A program made the translations under genes and the position numbers. A DNA stretch of 64,000 bases from an uncultured Actinomycetota bacterium (lineage in GTDB: Bacteria > Actinomycetota > Actinomycetes > JAHEKZ01), in contig CAVSCR010000007.1 of the NCBI GenBank assembly GCA_963726575.1, forward strand, positions 475,555-539,554, written 5' to 3'. Position 1 is the first letter of the stretch, and each line of letters begins with the position of its first letter. Shown piece by piece: positions 20,788 to 31,507 of this stretch. Below the pieces are notes generated by a model. That model worked only from the letters and a program-made list of their open reading frames with translations. It did not search any database and was not told the origin of the DNA.

Positions 20788-21852
20788 TCACGCCTCCGAC
20801 CAGTCGAGCACGACCTTGCCGCAGTTTCCGCTGCGCGCGGTAGCGAACGCCTCGTCGAAATCGCGGTAGGAGTAGCGATGTGTGATGACCGGACGAATGT
20901 CGAGACCTGCTCCGACGAGCACGGACATCGCGTACCAGGTCTCGAACATCTCGCGCCCGTAGATACCGCGGATCGTCAGCATCGACGTGATCACCCTGGC
21001 CCAGTCGACGGGAAGGTCACGGACCTCGCCCCCAGGGAGCCCGAGCAGGGCGATCTTCGCGCCGTGTGCCATGACCTCGACCATCGAACGCAGCGCTGCC
21101 GCGGCCCCTGACATCTCCAGCCCGATGTCGAAGCCCTCCTTCATACCAAGCTCGGCGACGACGGAACCCACCTGCGTCTGCGCGACGTTCACGGTGCGGG
21201 TCACGCCCATGCTGCGCGCCAGCGCCAGACGCGACTCGCTGATGTCGGTGACGACCACATGCCTGGCACCGGCGTGCCGCACGACCGCCGCCGCCATGAT
21301 GCCGATCGGCCCGGCCCCGGTGACGAGCACGTCCTCGCCGAGCGTGGGAAAGGCCAACGCCGTGTGCACAGCGTTACCGAACGGATCGAAGATGGCTGCC
21401 ACGTCGAGGTCACGATCGGCCGGATGGCGCCAGACGTTGGTGGCTGGCACGACGACGAACTCGGCGAAGCCACCGTCGCGGTTGACGCCGACGCTGACGG
21501 TGTTCGGGCAAAGTTGGCGGCGGCCGGCCAGGCAGTTGCGGCAGCGACCACACACCAGGTGCCCCTCGACGCTGACGAGGTCGCCGACCTCGACCGTGTC
21601 GACGCCCGGGCCGACGATGTCGACCAGTCCGGCAATCTCGTGTCCGATGACGCGTGGCGCCGAGATCGTGGCAGCGGCCCAAGCGTCCCACGACTGGATG
21701 TGGAGATCGGTGCCACAGATTCCGGTGCGCAGGACTCGGATCCGAACCTCACCGCTGCCGACATCGGGCACAGGGACTTCGCGCAGCACCAAGCCGGGCG
21801 CCGGCTCGGGCTTGACGAGCGCCTTCATCAACGGGTTGCTGCTGCTGGTCAC
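20788..21852 (-). CDS. tdh: L-threonine 3-dehydrogenase (Zn-dependent MDR family)
   Basis: [44 protein letters not shown]. The kbl start codon is 2 nt downstream of the tdh stop. Confidence 0.85.
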   Translation of the reverse strand: MTSSSNPLMKALVKPEPAPGLVLREVPVPDVGSGEVRIRVLRTGICGTDLHIQSWDAWAAATISAPRVIGHEIAGLVDIVGPGVDTVEVGDLVSVEGHLVCGRCRNCLAGRRQLCPNTVSVGVNRDGGFAEFVVVPATNVWRHPADRDLDVAAIFDPFGNAVHTALAFPTLGEDVLVTGAGPIGIMAAAVVRHAGARHVVVTDISESRLALARSMGVTRTVNVAQTQVGSVVAELGMKEGFDIGLEMSGAAAALRSMVEVMAHGAKIALLGLPGGEVRDLPVDWARVITSMLTIRGIYGREMFETWYAMSVLVGAGLDIRPVITHRYSYRDFDEAFATARSGNCGKVVLDWSEA

Positions 21853-21882
21853 GTACTCTCCCGGCGAGTCGATCCCCGGACG

Positions 21883-22359
21883 CTAGCGTGGCGGCAGGTC
21901 CTTGGCGAAGCAGAGGTTGCCGGGCTCGTCGGCGTAAAGGCCGAAACCGGGGATCTGGTAGTAGCCACTGGAGCGGTACAGGCTCACGGCCTCTGGCTGC
22001 GCCCGGCCGGTCTCCAGCAGGATCCGTCGGTAGCCGAGACCGGCAGCCTGAGCCTCGACCGCAGTCAGCAGATGACGGGACAGACCACGACCACGAAACG
22101 GCCGACGGACGAACATGCGCTTGACCTCTGCCCGTGTCTCGTCGTGTCGACGGATACCCGCACACGCCACTGCTGAACCGTCCAGCGTCAGGACGAGGAA
22201 TGCTCCGTGAGGCGCCGCGAACTCGGCGGGGGTGACCGGAGTGTGGTCGTGGTCCCCGTAACGGTCGACGTACTCCAGCTGCAGCTCTTCGATGAGCGTG
22301 TGAGACGTCGCATCGTCGTAGCTCTGTTGAAGCACCTCGATCTCGTCCACCAACGTCAC
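21883..22359 (-). CDS. GNAT family N-acetyltransferase
   Basis: GNAT core RRPFRGRGLSRHLLTAVEAQAAGLGYRRILLETG. The GTG start overlaps the upstream enoyl-CoA hydratase stop (GTGA). Confidence 0.7.
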   Translation of the reverse strand: MTLVDEIEVLQQSYDDATSHTLIEELQLEYVDRYGDHDHTPVTPAEFAAPHGAFLVLTLDGSAVACAGIRRHDETRAEVKRMFVRRPFRGRGLSRHLLTAVEAQAAGLGYRRILLETGRAQPEAVSLYRSSGYYQIPGFGLYADEPGNLCFAKDLPPR

Positions 22360-23129
22360 TGCACCCCTGACCAGTCGGCGGGACGCCGAGCGAGGAACGC
22401 CGCCATTCCCTCGGCGGCCTCGGAAGAGCCGAACAGGGCCTGGGACACCTCTGCCGTCCATGGCCACGCGTCCGCTCGCGGCATGTTCGGTACCCGAGCC
22501 AAGAGGTCTTTGGTCGCAGCAACCGCGCGAGGGCCACAACGGTCGAGGTCTGCCACCCATTCTGCGACGGTGTCGTCGAGGTCGACGTCGGCAACGACCC
22601 GTTGCACCAGGCCGGCCTGTCGGACCCGCTCAGCCGGCACGCGTGCCCCAGTGAGCATGAGCTCCGCGGCATCGACGGGGCGCAGCTTGCGCAGGACGGC
22701 GACGGAGATGACCGCGGGAGCCACCCCCAACCGCACCTCACTGAAGGCAAACGTGGCAGCCTCGACCGCCACGGCGAGGTCGCTCGCGGCGACCAGTCCC
22801 ACACCCCCGCCGGCCACGTGCCCCTGCACCCGCGCGATGACCGGCTTGGGCAACGAGATCATCTGCTCGAGTACCTCGGCCAGAGCAGCCGGACCGGCGG
22901 AGAAGGCGTCGTCGGCCGCGGTGCCTTGCGTGAGATCAGCCCCCGAGCAGAAGACCGTGCCGCTTCCCGTCAGCACCACCGCACGCACGCCCGGGTCGTC
23001 AGCCGCGCGCGAGAGTGCCTGCCGCAGCGACGCAAGGCTGGCCGCGTCCAGGGCATTGCGCACCTGTGGTCGGTCGAGGGTGATCCGGGCGACTGATCCG
23101 ACGACCTCGAGGTGCACGGTCTCTGTCAT
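22356..23129 (-). CDS. Enoyl-CoA hydratase/isomerase family protein
   Basis: Crotonase fold (VVLTGSGTVFCSGADL). 4-nt overlap with the upstream ACAD gene. Confidence 0.8.
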   Translation of the reverse strand: MTETVHLEVVGSVARITLDRPQVRNALDAASLASLRQALSRAADDPGVRAVVLTGSGTVFCSGADLTQGTAADDAFSAGPAALAEVLEQMISLPKPVIARVQGHVAGGGVGLVAASDLAVAVEAATFAFSEVRLGVAPAVISVAVLRKLRPVDAAELMLTGARVPAERVRQAGLVQRVVADVDLDDTVAEWVADLDRCGPRAVAATKDLLARVPNMPRADAWPWTAEVSQALFGSSEAAEGMAAFLARRPADWSGVQ

Positions 23130-24274
23130 CGGCGTCCCATCCCCTCCAGCATCGTCAGGATCCGCAACATGACCTCGTCGGCGCCACCACCGATGGACAG
23201 CAGGCGCGAGTCGCGGAAGTAGCGCGACACCCAGTGGTCGCTCATGTACCCCATACCGCCATGGAACTGCAGGCAGGTGTCGGCGACCTCGCGCACCAGC
23301 CGGCCCGTCTTCAGCTTGGCGACTGTGGCAAAACGGGTGGGGTCGACGCCGTCGACGACCGCCTGTGCCGCGGCGTAGTTGTAGTGCCGCAGCAGATCGA
23401 CCTCCGCAAGCAGCTCCGCGAGTCGGTACTGCACCGCCTGGTTGGCCAGCAGCGGTTTGCCGAACGCGTCGCGCTCACGCAAGAAGGCGATGGTGCGGTG
23501 CAGGGCGCGTTCCATGCCCACGACGGCGATGTAGCAGCCGATCAGGCGCTCGTCCTGGAACTGCATCATCTGTTGCTGGAACCCCTGCCCGACTTCGCCG
23601 ATCGTGTTCGTCACGGGCACGACCACGTCTTCGAACACGAGCTCCGCGGTGTCGCTGCTGCGGTTCCCCAGCTTGTCCAGGGTCCGACCGACGCTGAACC
23701 CGGGCGTCTGCGTCGGCACCACTACCTGCGACATGCCCTGGTGGCCGCCCTCGTCGGAAGTGCGCACGAGTACGCAGACCCAGTCCGCCTGCGCGCCGTT
23801 GGTGATGTACAGCTTCGTCCCGTTGATGACCCAGTCGTCGCCCTCGCGCTTCCCAGCGGCACGGATCCCCGCGACGTCGCTGCCGGCGTCCGGTTCGGTG
23901 ACGGCGACGGCGGCGACGACCTCACCGCGGATCGCCGGGGCCAAGAAGCGCTGCTTCAGCTCAGGGGACCCGAAGCGGTGGAGGCTGGGAGTCGCCATGC
24001 AGGCCTGCACCGCGATCGCCATGGGAACGCCCGCCGCCTCGCATCGACCCAGTTCTTCGCCGAGCACGACGGTGTAGCTGTGGTCGACCCCCATCCCGCC
24101 GTACTCCTCGTCGTACTCCAACCCGAGCAGACCAAGCGCGCCGAGCTTGGGGAACAGCTCGTGGGCGGGGAACGCGCCCGCTTGCTCCCACTCATCGATG
24201 TGGGGATTGATCTCGCGGTCGACGACGTCACGCACGAGGGCACGTAACGCCTCGTGCTGCGCGGTGAACCTCAT
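23126..24274 (-). CDS. Acyl-CoA dehydrogenase
   Basis: Full ACAD three-domain pattern. Start placed at MRFTAQHEAL, overlapping the TetR stop. Confidence 0.8.
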   Translation of the reverse strand: MRFTAQHEALRALVRDVVDREINPHIDEWEQAGAFPAHELFPKLGALGLLGLEYDEEYGGMGVDHSYTVVLGEELGRCEAAGVPMAIAVQACMATPSLHRFGSPELKQRFLAPAIRGEVVAAVAVTEPDAGSDVAGIRAAGKREGDDWVINGTKLYITNGAQADWVCVLVRTSDEGGHQGMSQVVVPTQTPGFSVGRTLDKLGNRSSDTAELVFEDVVVPVTNTIGEVGQGFQQQMMQFQDERLIGCYIAVVGMERALHRTIAFLRERDAFGKPLLANQAVQYRLAELLAEVDLLRHYNYAAAQAVVDGVDPTRFATVAKLKTGRLVREVADTCLQFHGGMGYMSDHWVSRYFRDSRLLSIGGGADEVMLRILTMLEGMGRR

Positions 24275-24924
24275 CGGCTCACCTCCTCCCTCACGTACGA
24301 GACCGAGGCCGCCGCCGGACGGGACAGGCCGATCGCCTGCACCCAGAGTCGGTTGAGGGTGGCCACGGTCGTCGCGTCGGTGACGCCCCGACCGGCTCGG
24401 GTCTGACGTCGGGCGTAGCTCTCCACCATGCCGCACAGTGCTTCTCCGGCAATCACCGGATCGAGCCCGCGATCGGCCTCGCCCTGGCGCTGCAGCCGAC
24501 GCAGGCTGCGCACCGCACGTTCGACGAACGACGCCCGCAGCTCATCGAGGATCTTCCGGTACCGCGGGTCGGTAGTCGCTGCATGCTCCACGACGGCCAT
24601 GAGCCGGGCGTGGCGCTCGAACGCCACGAGGTACTTCTGGTTGGCCACCTCGAGACGTTCGACGAGATCCTCCGGGTCGCCTGGCGTCATCGTCAGCTCG
24701 GCGACGACATCTCCCGCCAATGCGTCGACGACAGCGGCGAGCACGGCGTCCTTGTTCTCGAAGTACGTGTACACGGTGCCGTGTGAGACGCGCGCAGCAT
24801 CCGCGATGTCCGACATGGTGGCGTCGGCGAAGCCACGCGACTCGAACACCTCTCGCGCAGCGACGAGCACGGCCTCCTTCGTGCGGTGCCCGCGCGGGGT
24901 CAAGGGCACCATGCGCGTGGTCAT
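24271..24924 (-). CDS. TetR/AcrR family transcriptional regulator (AtuR-like position)
   Basis: N-terminal HTH TKEAVLVAAREVFESRGFADATMSDIADAARVSHGTVYTYF. ATGA overlap with the AtuA stop. Confidence 0.75.
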   Translation of the reverse strand: MTTRMVPLTPRGHRTKEAVLVAAREVFESRGFADATMSDIADAARVSHGTVYTYFENKDAVLAAVVDALAGDVVAELTMTPGDPEDLVERLEVANQKYLVAFERHARLMAVVEHAATTDPRYRKILDELRASFVERAVRSLRRLQRQGEADRGLDPVIAGEALCGMVESYARRQTRAGRGVTDATTVATLNRLWVQAIGLSRPAAASVSYVREEVSR

Positions 24925-26753
24925 GGCGTCGCCTCGTTGAGCAGGAACCGCGGGGCATGGACCCACCTCGCGCGCAAGTACTCGCCCAGTCCCTTGCCCT
25001 GCGGATCGAGGAACACGTTCTCGGCCACGCCGCGGCCCAGCAGGCCGCGCACGACGAAGTTGACGGCGCGCAGGTTGGGGAGCTCGTATCGGTCCACGAC
25101 CAGACCCGCGCACTCGGGCAGCAGCCGCTGCAGCTCCCACGGCGTGAGCGTTGCGCTCAGCCACTCGAAGGCGGCGTCGACGTCGGGCAAGCCGTCGCGC
25201 ACCCAGACGCCGATGTTGGCGTTGCCACCCTTGTCCCCGGAACGGGCACCGACCAGGCGTCCCCAGGGCAGGTGCACGGTGTCCTGTTCGCGGCCCGGGT
25301 CCACGTCCGGCGCCGGCTCCGGTTGGCGCGAGCTCAGACCGGGCATCGGCGGTTGCCACGGCATCGCGGCCGGTGAGACGCCGGGAACTTGCGCCACCTG
25401 GTCGCCGTCGACGCACACCACCTGGGCGAGCGCGGCACCGACGGAGGTGGGCCAGTAGACCCCGAAGGGACTGCCCGGCGCGGGTTGGCCGGTGGCGAAC
25501 AGCCCGGGCACGCTGGCCAAGGTCAGCTCGATCGCCGGCGCCGTGAACGCCTTGCCCACGAGGTTCGGGTCGCGGCTGCGAACCGTGATCCGCAGGTCGG
25601 ACTGGGCCTGCCACAGGTCCTGCGGCTCGCCGGCGTCAGCGTGGTGGCGCAGGAGCTGGACGTCGACGGCGTCGAAGACGTCGCGGCCCCCGGGGATGGC
25701 CGCGAACAGCTGCTCCGTCACCAGGTCCGCCTTGGCCTCCACGTCAAGTCCGGTGAGGACGAAGGTCACCGCGTTGCGGAACCCACCGAGGTAGTTCAGG
25801 GCCACCTTCAACCGGTCCGGGGGTGCCAGCCCGCGCACCCCCTCGATCGCCACCCGGTCGTCGCCGTCGGCCCGCAGGCGAATCGAGCCGAAGTCGGCCG
25901 TGGCGTCCGGGTTCGGGTAGGCGACAGATTCGATCTCGTAGAGCAGTTGCGCTGTCACCGTGCCGCAGGTGACCTCACCGCCCAACCCCCGCGGCCCCGC
26001 ATGCTTGGTGATGACGCTGCTGCCGTCGGGCGCGATCTCGGCGATCGGGAATCCGAGCCGCGCGATGCCCGGAACCTCCTGGAAGAACGCGTAGTTGCCA
26101 CCGGTCGCCTGCGTGCCGCACTCGATGACGTGTCCCGCCACGATCGCGCCAGCCAGCGCGTCGAGGTGGTCCGGCGACCAACCGAACCGCCAGGCGGCCG
26201 GGCCGACCACCAGCGCCGCGTCTGTCACGCGCCCGGTGACCACGATGTCGGCGCCGGCGTCCAACGCCGCTTTGATCCCGAACCCGCCCAAGTAGGCGTT
26301 GGCGGTCAAGGCCGGCACGCCGAGCTCACTGAACGTCTCACCGGTGTCCAGGTTGGTGAACGGCTCCCCCGCCGCGCGCAGCTCGTCGATGCGCGGGACA
26401 AGGTCGTCGCCCGTGACGACCGCGATCACCGGACTCAGGCCGAGCCGCTCGGCGAGATCACGTAGGGCATCGGCCAGGCCGTTCGGGTCCAGGCCTCCCG
26501 CGTTGGACACGACCTTGATGTCGCGCTCGAGAACGGGGGCTAGGACCTGTTCCATCTGCGTCACGAACGTGCGCGCATAGCCGCTACCCGGCCCGTGCTT
26601 CATGCGGCTGCGGGCCAGGATCAACATGGTCAGCTCGGCCAACCAGTCGCCGGTCAGGACGTCGATCGGACCGCCTTGCACCATCTCGGCGGCCGCCGAT
26701 ATCCGGTCGCCGTAGAAGCCACTCACGTTGGCGATGCGCAGCACCTGGCTCAT
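24921..26753 (-). CDS. atuA: Acyclic terpene utilisation AtuA family protein (DUF1446 + DUF4387)
   Basis: MSQVLRIANVSGFYGDRISAAAEMVQGGPIDVLTGDWLAEL is the AtuA N-terminal signature. 610 aa. Confidence 0.75.
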   Translation of the reverse strand: MSQVLRIANVSGFYGDRISAAAEMVQGGPIDVLTGDWLAELTMLILARSRMKHGPGSGYARTFVTQMEQVLAPVLERDIKVVSNAGGLDPNGLADALRDLAERLGLSPVIAVVTGDDLVPRIDELRAAGEPFTNLDTGETFSELGVPALTANAYLGGFGIKAALDAGADIVVTGRVTDAALVVGPAAWRFGWSPDHLDALAGAIVAGHVIECGTQATGGNYAFFQEVPGIARLGFPIAEIAPDGSSVITKHAGPRGLGGEVTCGTVTAQLLYEIESVAYPNPDATADFGSIRLRADGDDRVAIEGVRGLAPPDRLKVALNYLGGFRNAVTFVLTGLDVEAKADLVTEQLFAAIPGGRDVFDAVDVQLLRHHADAGEPQDLWQAQSDLRITVRSRDPNLVGKAFTAPAIELTLASVPGLFATGQPAPGSPFGVYWPTSVGAALAQVVCVDGDQVAQVPGVSPAAMPWQPPMPGLSSRQPEPAPDVDPGREQDTVHLPWGRLVGARSGDKGGNANIGVWVRDGLPDVDAAFEWLSATLTPWELQRLLPECAGLVVDRYELPNLRAVNFVVRGLLGRGVAENVFLDPQGKGLGEYLRARWVHAPRFLLNEATP

Positions 26754-28825
26754 GAGCCCTCCGGCACGGCGTCGAGCACGACGAGCAGCTCATGGGCGTC
26801 GACACTGCCCCCGACCACGACACGTACCTCGCGCACCACACCCTCAGTCTGCGCGACGACGTGGTGCTCCATCTTCATGGCCTCTAGGACCACGAGGGTC
26901 TGGCCGGCCACCACTGCGTCACCGGCCGCCACCGACACTTGCGTCACGGTGCCCGGCACCGGGGCGGTGGGACCTTGACCCGCGGACGCCTGCGCCGGGT
27001 CAGGGAATCGTGCCTGCTCGAGGAACCGAAGCTGTGCGTCGCTCGCATCGGTCCACCAGGTCGAGTCCGGGTAGCCGCGGACCACGACGCTACGACGAAG
27101 GCCGTCGACCTCGAGATCGACGTCGACGTTGACGACATCGGGGGCGGATGAGCGCATGCCCGCAGACCAGATCCTCGCCTCGACGTCGACCGGCTGGGCA
27201 CGGACCCCGGCGACACGTGCGCTGATCCACTGCTGGGTACCGGTCATGCGCATGCGGTAACCGACGCCTACCTGATGATCGGCAAGGCTCAACGTCGTGA
27301 CCTGCCCCCCGGCGGGCAGGTTGCGCCAGCCGCTGGGGACGTTGGCCTGGACCCGGGCACGTTGCCGCCGGTGCAGCTGACCTGCGACAGATGCGGCCAC
27401 CGCGTGCAGCACGACCGTGTCCAGGTCGGGCGTGTCCGAGGCCAGGTCAACGCGTTCGTCCAGGAACGCGGTGGTCGCACCCTCGTGGCGGAACTGACGG
27501 TCGTCGACCACGGCGGTGAGCAATGCGCGGTTGGTGACGAGACCGTGAATCGTGGCGCGGCGCAGTGCGCGTGACAACCGCGCGACCGCCTCAGGGCGGT
27601 TGGCCCCATGCGCCACCACCTTGGCGAGCAAGGCGTCGTACTCGTGGGAGACGACGTCGCCGCTGACGACGCCTGAGTCGACCCGTTGGCCCGGCGCTGC
27701 AGCGATCTCGAACGCGTGCAGCCTGCCGGTCTGCGGCAGGTAGTCGGCCGCCGGGTCCTCGGCGTAGATGCGCGCCTCGATCGCGTGGCCGCGCACGATG
27801 ACGTCGCCCTGCGACAGGGCCAGCGGTCGGTCCATGGCGACCTCGAGCTGGAGTCGGACGAGGTCCAGGCCGGTCACCTCCTCGGTCACGGTGTGCTCGA
27901 CCTGCAGCCGCGTGTTCATCTCCAGGAAGTAGAGGGCCGCATCCTCATCTTGACCATCCACGAGGAACTCGACGGTTCCCAGACTCACGTAGTCGACCGC
28001 CGCGGCCACGACAAGCGCTGCCTCGAACAGACGACTGCGCAGCTGTGCGGTCAGTCCCGTGGCCGGCGCCTCCTCGATCAGCTTCTGATGGCGACGCTGC
28101 ACCGAACAGTCACGTTCGTACAGGTGGATCCGCCGACCATGCTGGTCACCCAGCACCTGCACCTCGATGTGTCGCGCAGCGGGTACGAAACGCTCGAGGA
28201 ACACCCGGGCGTCACCGAACGCCGACCCGGCCTCGCGCTGGGCCGACTCGATCGCCGTGTCCAGCGACTCCGGCTCGGCGACCAGACGCATCCCGCGACC
28301 GCCCCCGCCTGCTGCGGCCTTGACGAGGAGTGGGTACCCCACCTCGTCGGCTGCCTGCGACCAGCCATCGGGGCGATTCGCATCGACGACTGCACTGGCG
28401 AGCACGGGGACTCCGGCCCGGCTGACCAGGTTCTTGGCCGCCACCTTGTCGCCCATCACCGCGACCGTGTCCGGGTGCGGGCCGATCCAGGTGAACCCGG
28501 CCTCCACCACGGCCCGCGCGAACGCAGCGCTCTCGGCGAGGAACCCGTAACCCGGATGGACAGCGTCGGCGCCGGCGCGACGGGCGGCTTCGAGCAGCGC
28601 ATCCTGGTTCAGATAGGTGTCCGCGACCGTGACGCCGGGCAGCTCGACCGCCACATCGGCCTCGGCGACGTGCGCAGACATCGCGTCGACGCCACTGAAG
28701 ACCGCGACGGCATCCAGGCCCATCTCATGCAGCGTGCGGATGATGCGACGCGCGATCTCACCACGGTTGGCGACCAGAACTCGGCGCAGTGCGACTACTT
28801 CGTTGTTGTCCATCAGTGCCGCCAC
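26750..28825 (-). CDS. Biotin-dependent acyl-CoA carboxylase alpha subunit (biotin carboxylase + BCCP; geranyl-/methylcrotonyl-CoA carboxylase type)
   Basis: ATP-grasp biotin carboxylase domain plus a C-terminal biotinyl-lysine motif (EAMKME). Confidence 0.85.
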   Translation of the reverse strand: MAALMDNNEVVALRRVLVANRGEIARRIIRTLHEMGLDAVAVFSGVDAMSAHVAEADVAVELPGVTVADTYLNQDALLEAARRAGADAVHPGYGFLAESAAFARAVVEAGFTWIGPHPDTVAVMGDKVAAKNLVSRAGVPVLASAVVDANRPDGWSQAADEVGYPLLVKAAAGGGGRGMRLVAEPESLDTAIESAQREAGSAFGDARVFLERFVPAARHIEVQVLGDQHGRRIHLYERDCSVQRRHQKLIEEAPATGLTAQLRSRLFEAALVVAAAVDYVSLGTVEFLVDGQDEDAALYFLEMNTRLQVEHTVTEEVTGLDLVRLQLEVAMDRPLALSQGDVIVRGHAIEARIYAEDPAADYLPQTGRLHAFEIAAAPGQRVDSGVVSGDVVSHEYDALLAKVVAHGANRPEAVARLSRALRRATIHGLVTNRALLTAVVDDRQFRHEGATTAFLDERVDLASDTPDLDTVVLHAVAASVAGQLHRRQRARVQANVPSGWRNLPAGGQVTTLSLADHQVGVGYRMRMTGTQQWISARVAGVRAQPVDVEARIWSAGMRSSAPDVVNVDVDLEVDGLRRSVVVRGYPDSTWWTDASDAQLRFLEQARFPDPAQASAGQGPTAPVPGTVTQVSVAAGDAVVAGQTLVVLEAMKMEHHVVAQTEGVVREVRVVVGGSVDAHELLVVLDAVPEGS

Positions 28826-30408
28826 ACGCCGAACTCACTGGTGCCGCTCACGGCGGCGCTGTGCACCGCCGACAGCGCGATCGAGACGACGGTCCGGGTA
28901 TCGCGCGGGTCGATGATGCCGTCGTCCCAGAGACGTCCAGTGGCGAACAGCGCAGTGGATTGGGCGTCCACGTTCGCCTCGACGCTGCGCCGCAGGGCGG
29001 CATCGGCGGCCTCGTCGAACGGCTGGCCGGACTGCTCGGCCTTCTGCCGGTTGACGATGCTCAGCACACCGGCCAGCTGCTTGGGCCCCATGACGGCGAT
29101 GCGGTGTGACGGCCACGAGAACACGAAACGTGGGTCGTAGGCCCGCCCGGACATGCCGTAGTTCCCAGCGCCGTAGGACGCGCCGATCATCAGCGTGATG
29201 TGCGGCACCTCGGAGTTGGCAACAGCGTTGATGAGCTTCGCGCCGTCCTTGATGATCCCCGCCTGCTCGTACTTCGTGCCCACCATGAACCCGGTGATGT
29301 TCTGCAGGAACAGCAACGGGGTGTCGAAGCGATTGGCGAGCTGGATGAACTGCGCTCCCTTGCGCGCCTCCTCGCTGAAGAGGATCCCGTTGTTCGCGAG
29401 GATGCCCACGGCGAAGCCGTCCACGTGCGCCCAACCGCACACGAGCTCACTGCCGTAAGCAGGCTTGAACTCGTCGAACTCACTGTCGTCGACGAGGCGG
29501 GCCAGCACCTCGCGCATGTCGAACGGGACCCGGAGGTCTTCCGGTACGACGCCGAGCAGCTCGTCGCCGTCGTACCTGGGTGGTCGCGGGAGCTGACCGA
29601 CCCCAGGACCGTGCTTGCGCCAGCGCAGGCTGCGCACGATCTGACGGACCAGCCGCAACGCATCGGGCTCGTCCTGCGCCAGGTAGTCGGCCAGACCCGA
29701 CACCGTGGCATGCATCTGAGCTCCCCCGAGCTCCTCGTCGTCGGCGTCCTCATCGATCGCCATCTTCACCAGCGGCGGCCCACCCAGGTACACCCTCGCG
29801 GCGTCCCGCTGCAGCACGGTGTGGTCGGAAAGGCCGGGCAGATAGGCGCCCCCTGCCGTCGACGGTCCGAACACGGCGGTGATCGTGGGGACGCCGGCGC
29901 GCGACAGCTGCGCGAGGTTCTTGAACACCTCCCCGCCGGGCACGAAGACGTCGGCCTGGCGGGTGAGATCAGCACCGGCCGACTCGGTCAGGTTGACCAG
30001 CGGGAGCCGGTTCTCACCGGAGATGGTCATGGCCCGCAGCATCTTCGCGACGCTGGTGGGCGACTGCGCCCCGCCCTTGACGGTGGCGTCGTTGCCACCG
30101 ATCACGCACTCGACGCCCTCGATCACACCGATGCCGGTGACCACCCCGCCACCGAGTGGGTCGTCGGTGCCCCAGCCGGCCAGCGGCGACAGCTCGAGGA
30201 AGGCGCTGTCCTGGTCGACCAGCGCGTCGATGCGCTCGCGCACCAACTGCTTGCCGCGGGCGCGGTGACGCTCGACCTTGGCCGGCCCTCCACCGGCCAC
30301 CACCGTGGCCTGCGCGTCACGAACCTCCTCGAGGGCCGCCAGCATCGCGGCACGGCGGGCCCGCACCTGCGGATCGGTGGCGTCGAGACGGCTGGCCAGG
30401 GTCGGCAC
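28813..30408 (-). CDS. Acyl-CoA carboxylase carboxyltransferase beta subunit
   Basis: Carboxyltransferase N- and C-domains (crotonase-like). 531 aa, the typical length for a methylcrotonyl/geranyl-CoA carboxylase beta subunit. Confidence 0.85.
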   Translation of the reverse strand: MPTLASRLDATDPQVRARRAAMLAALEEVRDAQATVVAGGGPAKVERHRARGKQLVRERIDALVDQDSAFLELSPLAGWGTDDPLGGGVVTGIGVIEGVECVIGGNDATVKGGAQSPTSVAKMLRAMTISGENRLPLVNLTESAGADLTRQADVFVPGGEVFKNLAQLSRAGVPTITAVFGPSTAGGAYLPGLSDHTVLQRDAARVYLGGPPLVKMAIDEDADDEELGGAQMHATVSGLADYLAQDEPDALRLVRQIVRSLRWRKHGPGVGQLPRPPRYDGDELLGVVPEDLRVPFDMREVLARLVDDSEFDEFKPAYGSELVCGWAHVDGFAVGILANNGILFSEEARKGAQFIQLANRFDTPLLFLQNITGFMVGTKYEQAGIIKDGAKLINAVANSEVPHITLMIGASYGAGNYGMSGRAYDPRFVFSWPSHRIAVMGPKQLAGVLSIVNRQKAEQSGQPFDEAADAALRRSVEANVDAQSTALFATGRLWDDGIIDPRDTRTVVSIALSAVHSAAVSGTSEFGVWRH

Positions 30409-30487
30409 GAACTTGACAGTAGCGTCAAGTTCGACACCACGTCGAGCGCCCGGTCGGGTGGGCGGCGCTGCCGCCTAGGGTCGGCTG

Positions 30488-31498
30488 GTGCTCGCCTACC
30501 GCATCCCCACCCCCGGTGGCCCCGATGCCCTCGTGCTGTCGGAGGTGCCCGAGCCACAGGCCGGACCCGACGAGGTGCTGATCGACGTCGCCGGCATCGG
30601 CCTCAACCGGGCCGACCTGCTGCAGCGCCAGGGCCACTACGACCCGCCGCCGGGGACCTCTCCCTATCCGGGCCTGGAGGTGTCGGGACTCATCGCCGGC
30701 GTGGGCGCCGACGTGACCGGCTGGTCGCTCGGCGACGAGGTCGTGGCGCTGCTCACCGGCGGTGGCTACGCGCAACGAGTCGCCGTGCCTGCGGCTCAGG
30801 TGCTCCCGTTGCCGCGCGGTATCGACCTCGTCGCTGCGGCCGCCCTTCCGGAGGCGACCTGCACCGTCTGGTCGAACGTGTTCATGGTGGCGGGCCTGCG
30901 CCCCGAGGAGACGTTGCTCGTGCACGGAGGTGGCTCCGGGATCGGGACCATGGCCAGTCAGCTGGCGCACGCGGTGGGAGCTCGGGTCCTGGTGACGGTC
31001 GGCTCCGACCGCAAGGGTGACGCGTGTCTGGCTCTCGGTGCCGACCACGCCATCAACTACCGCGACACCGACTTCGTCGAGGAGGTCGCCCGGCTCACCG
31101 ACGGTCACGGTGCAGACGTCGTGCTCGATGTGATCGGCGCCGCCTACCTCGACAAGAACGTCCGCGCGCTCGCCAGCGAGGGACGACTGGTGGTGATCGG
31201 GATGCAGGGAGGAGTCCGAGGAGAGCTCGACCTCGGCGCCTTGATGGCAAAGCGCGCGGCGGTGGTGGCCACCACGCTGCGCGCCCGCCCACCCCGGGAG
31301 AAGGCCGCCATCGTGGCCGCCGTCCGCGAGCACGTGTGGCCGTTGATCGAGCAGGGCACGGTACGTCCCGTGGTCGACCAGGTGCTCCCGTTCGACGCGG
31401 CGGCGCGAGCCCACGAAGCCATGGCAGATGGCAAACACATCGGCAAGATCCTCTTGGCCGTCCCGGGAGCCACTGACAACGGGGACCCGACCTCATAG
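30488..31498 (+). CDS. qor: NAD(P)H:quinone oxidoreductase (zinc-free MDR/Qor family)
   Basis: MLAYRIP...PDEVLIDVAGIGLNRADLLQRQGHY and a Rossmann GGGSGIG. Confidence 0.8.
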   Translation: MLAYRIPTPGGPDALVLSEVPEPQAGPDEVLIDVAGIGLNRADLLQRQGHYDPPPGTSPYPGLEVSGLIAGVGADVTGWSLGDEVVALLTGGGYAQRVAVPAAQVLPLPRGIDLVAAAALPEATCTVWSNVFMVAGLRPEETLLVHGGGSGIGTMASQLAHAVGARVLVTVGSDRKGDACLALGADHAINYRDTDFVEEVARLTDGHGADVVLDVIGAAYLDKNVRALASEGRLVVIGMQGGVRGELDLGALMAKRAAVVATTLRARPPREKAAIVAAVREHVWPLIEQGTVRPVVDQVLPFDAAARAHEAMADGKHIGKILLAVPGATDNGDPTS

Positions 31499-31507
31499 TC
31501 TCCGCGG

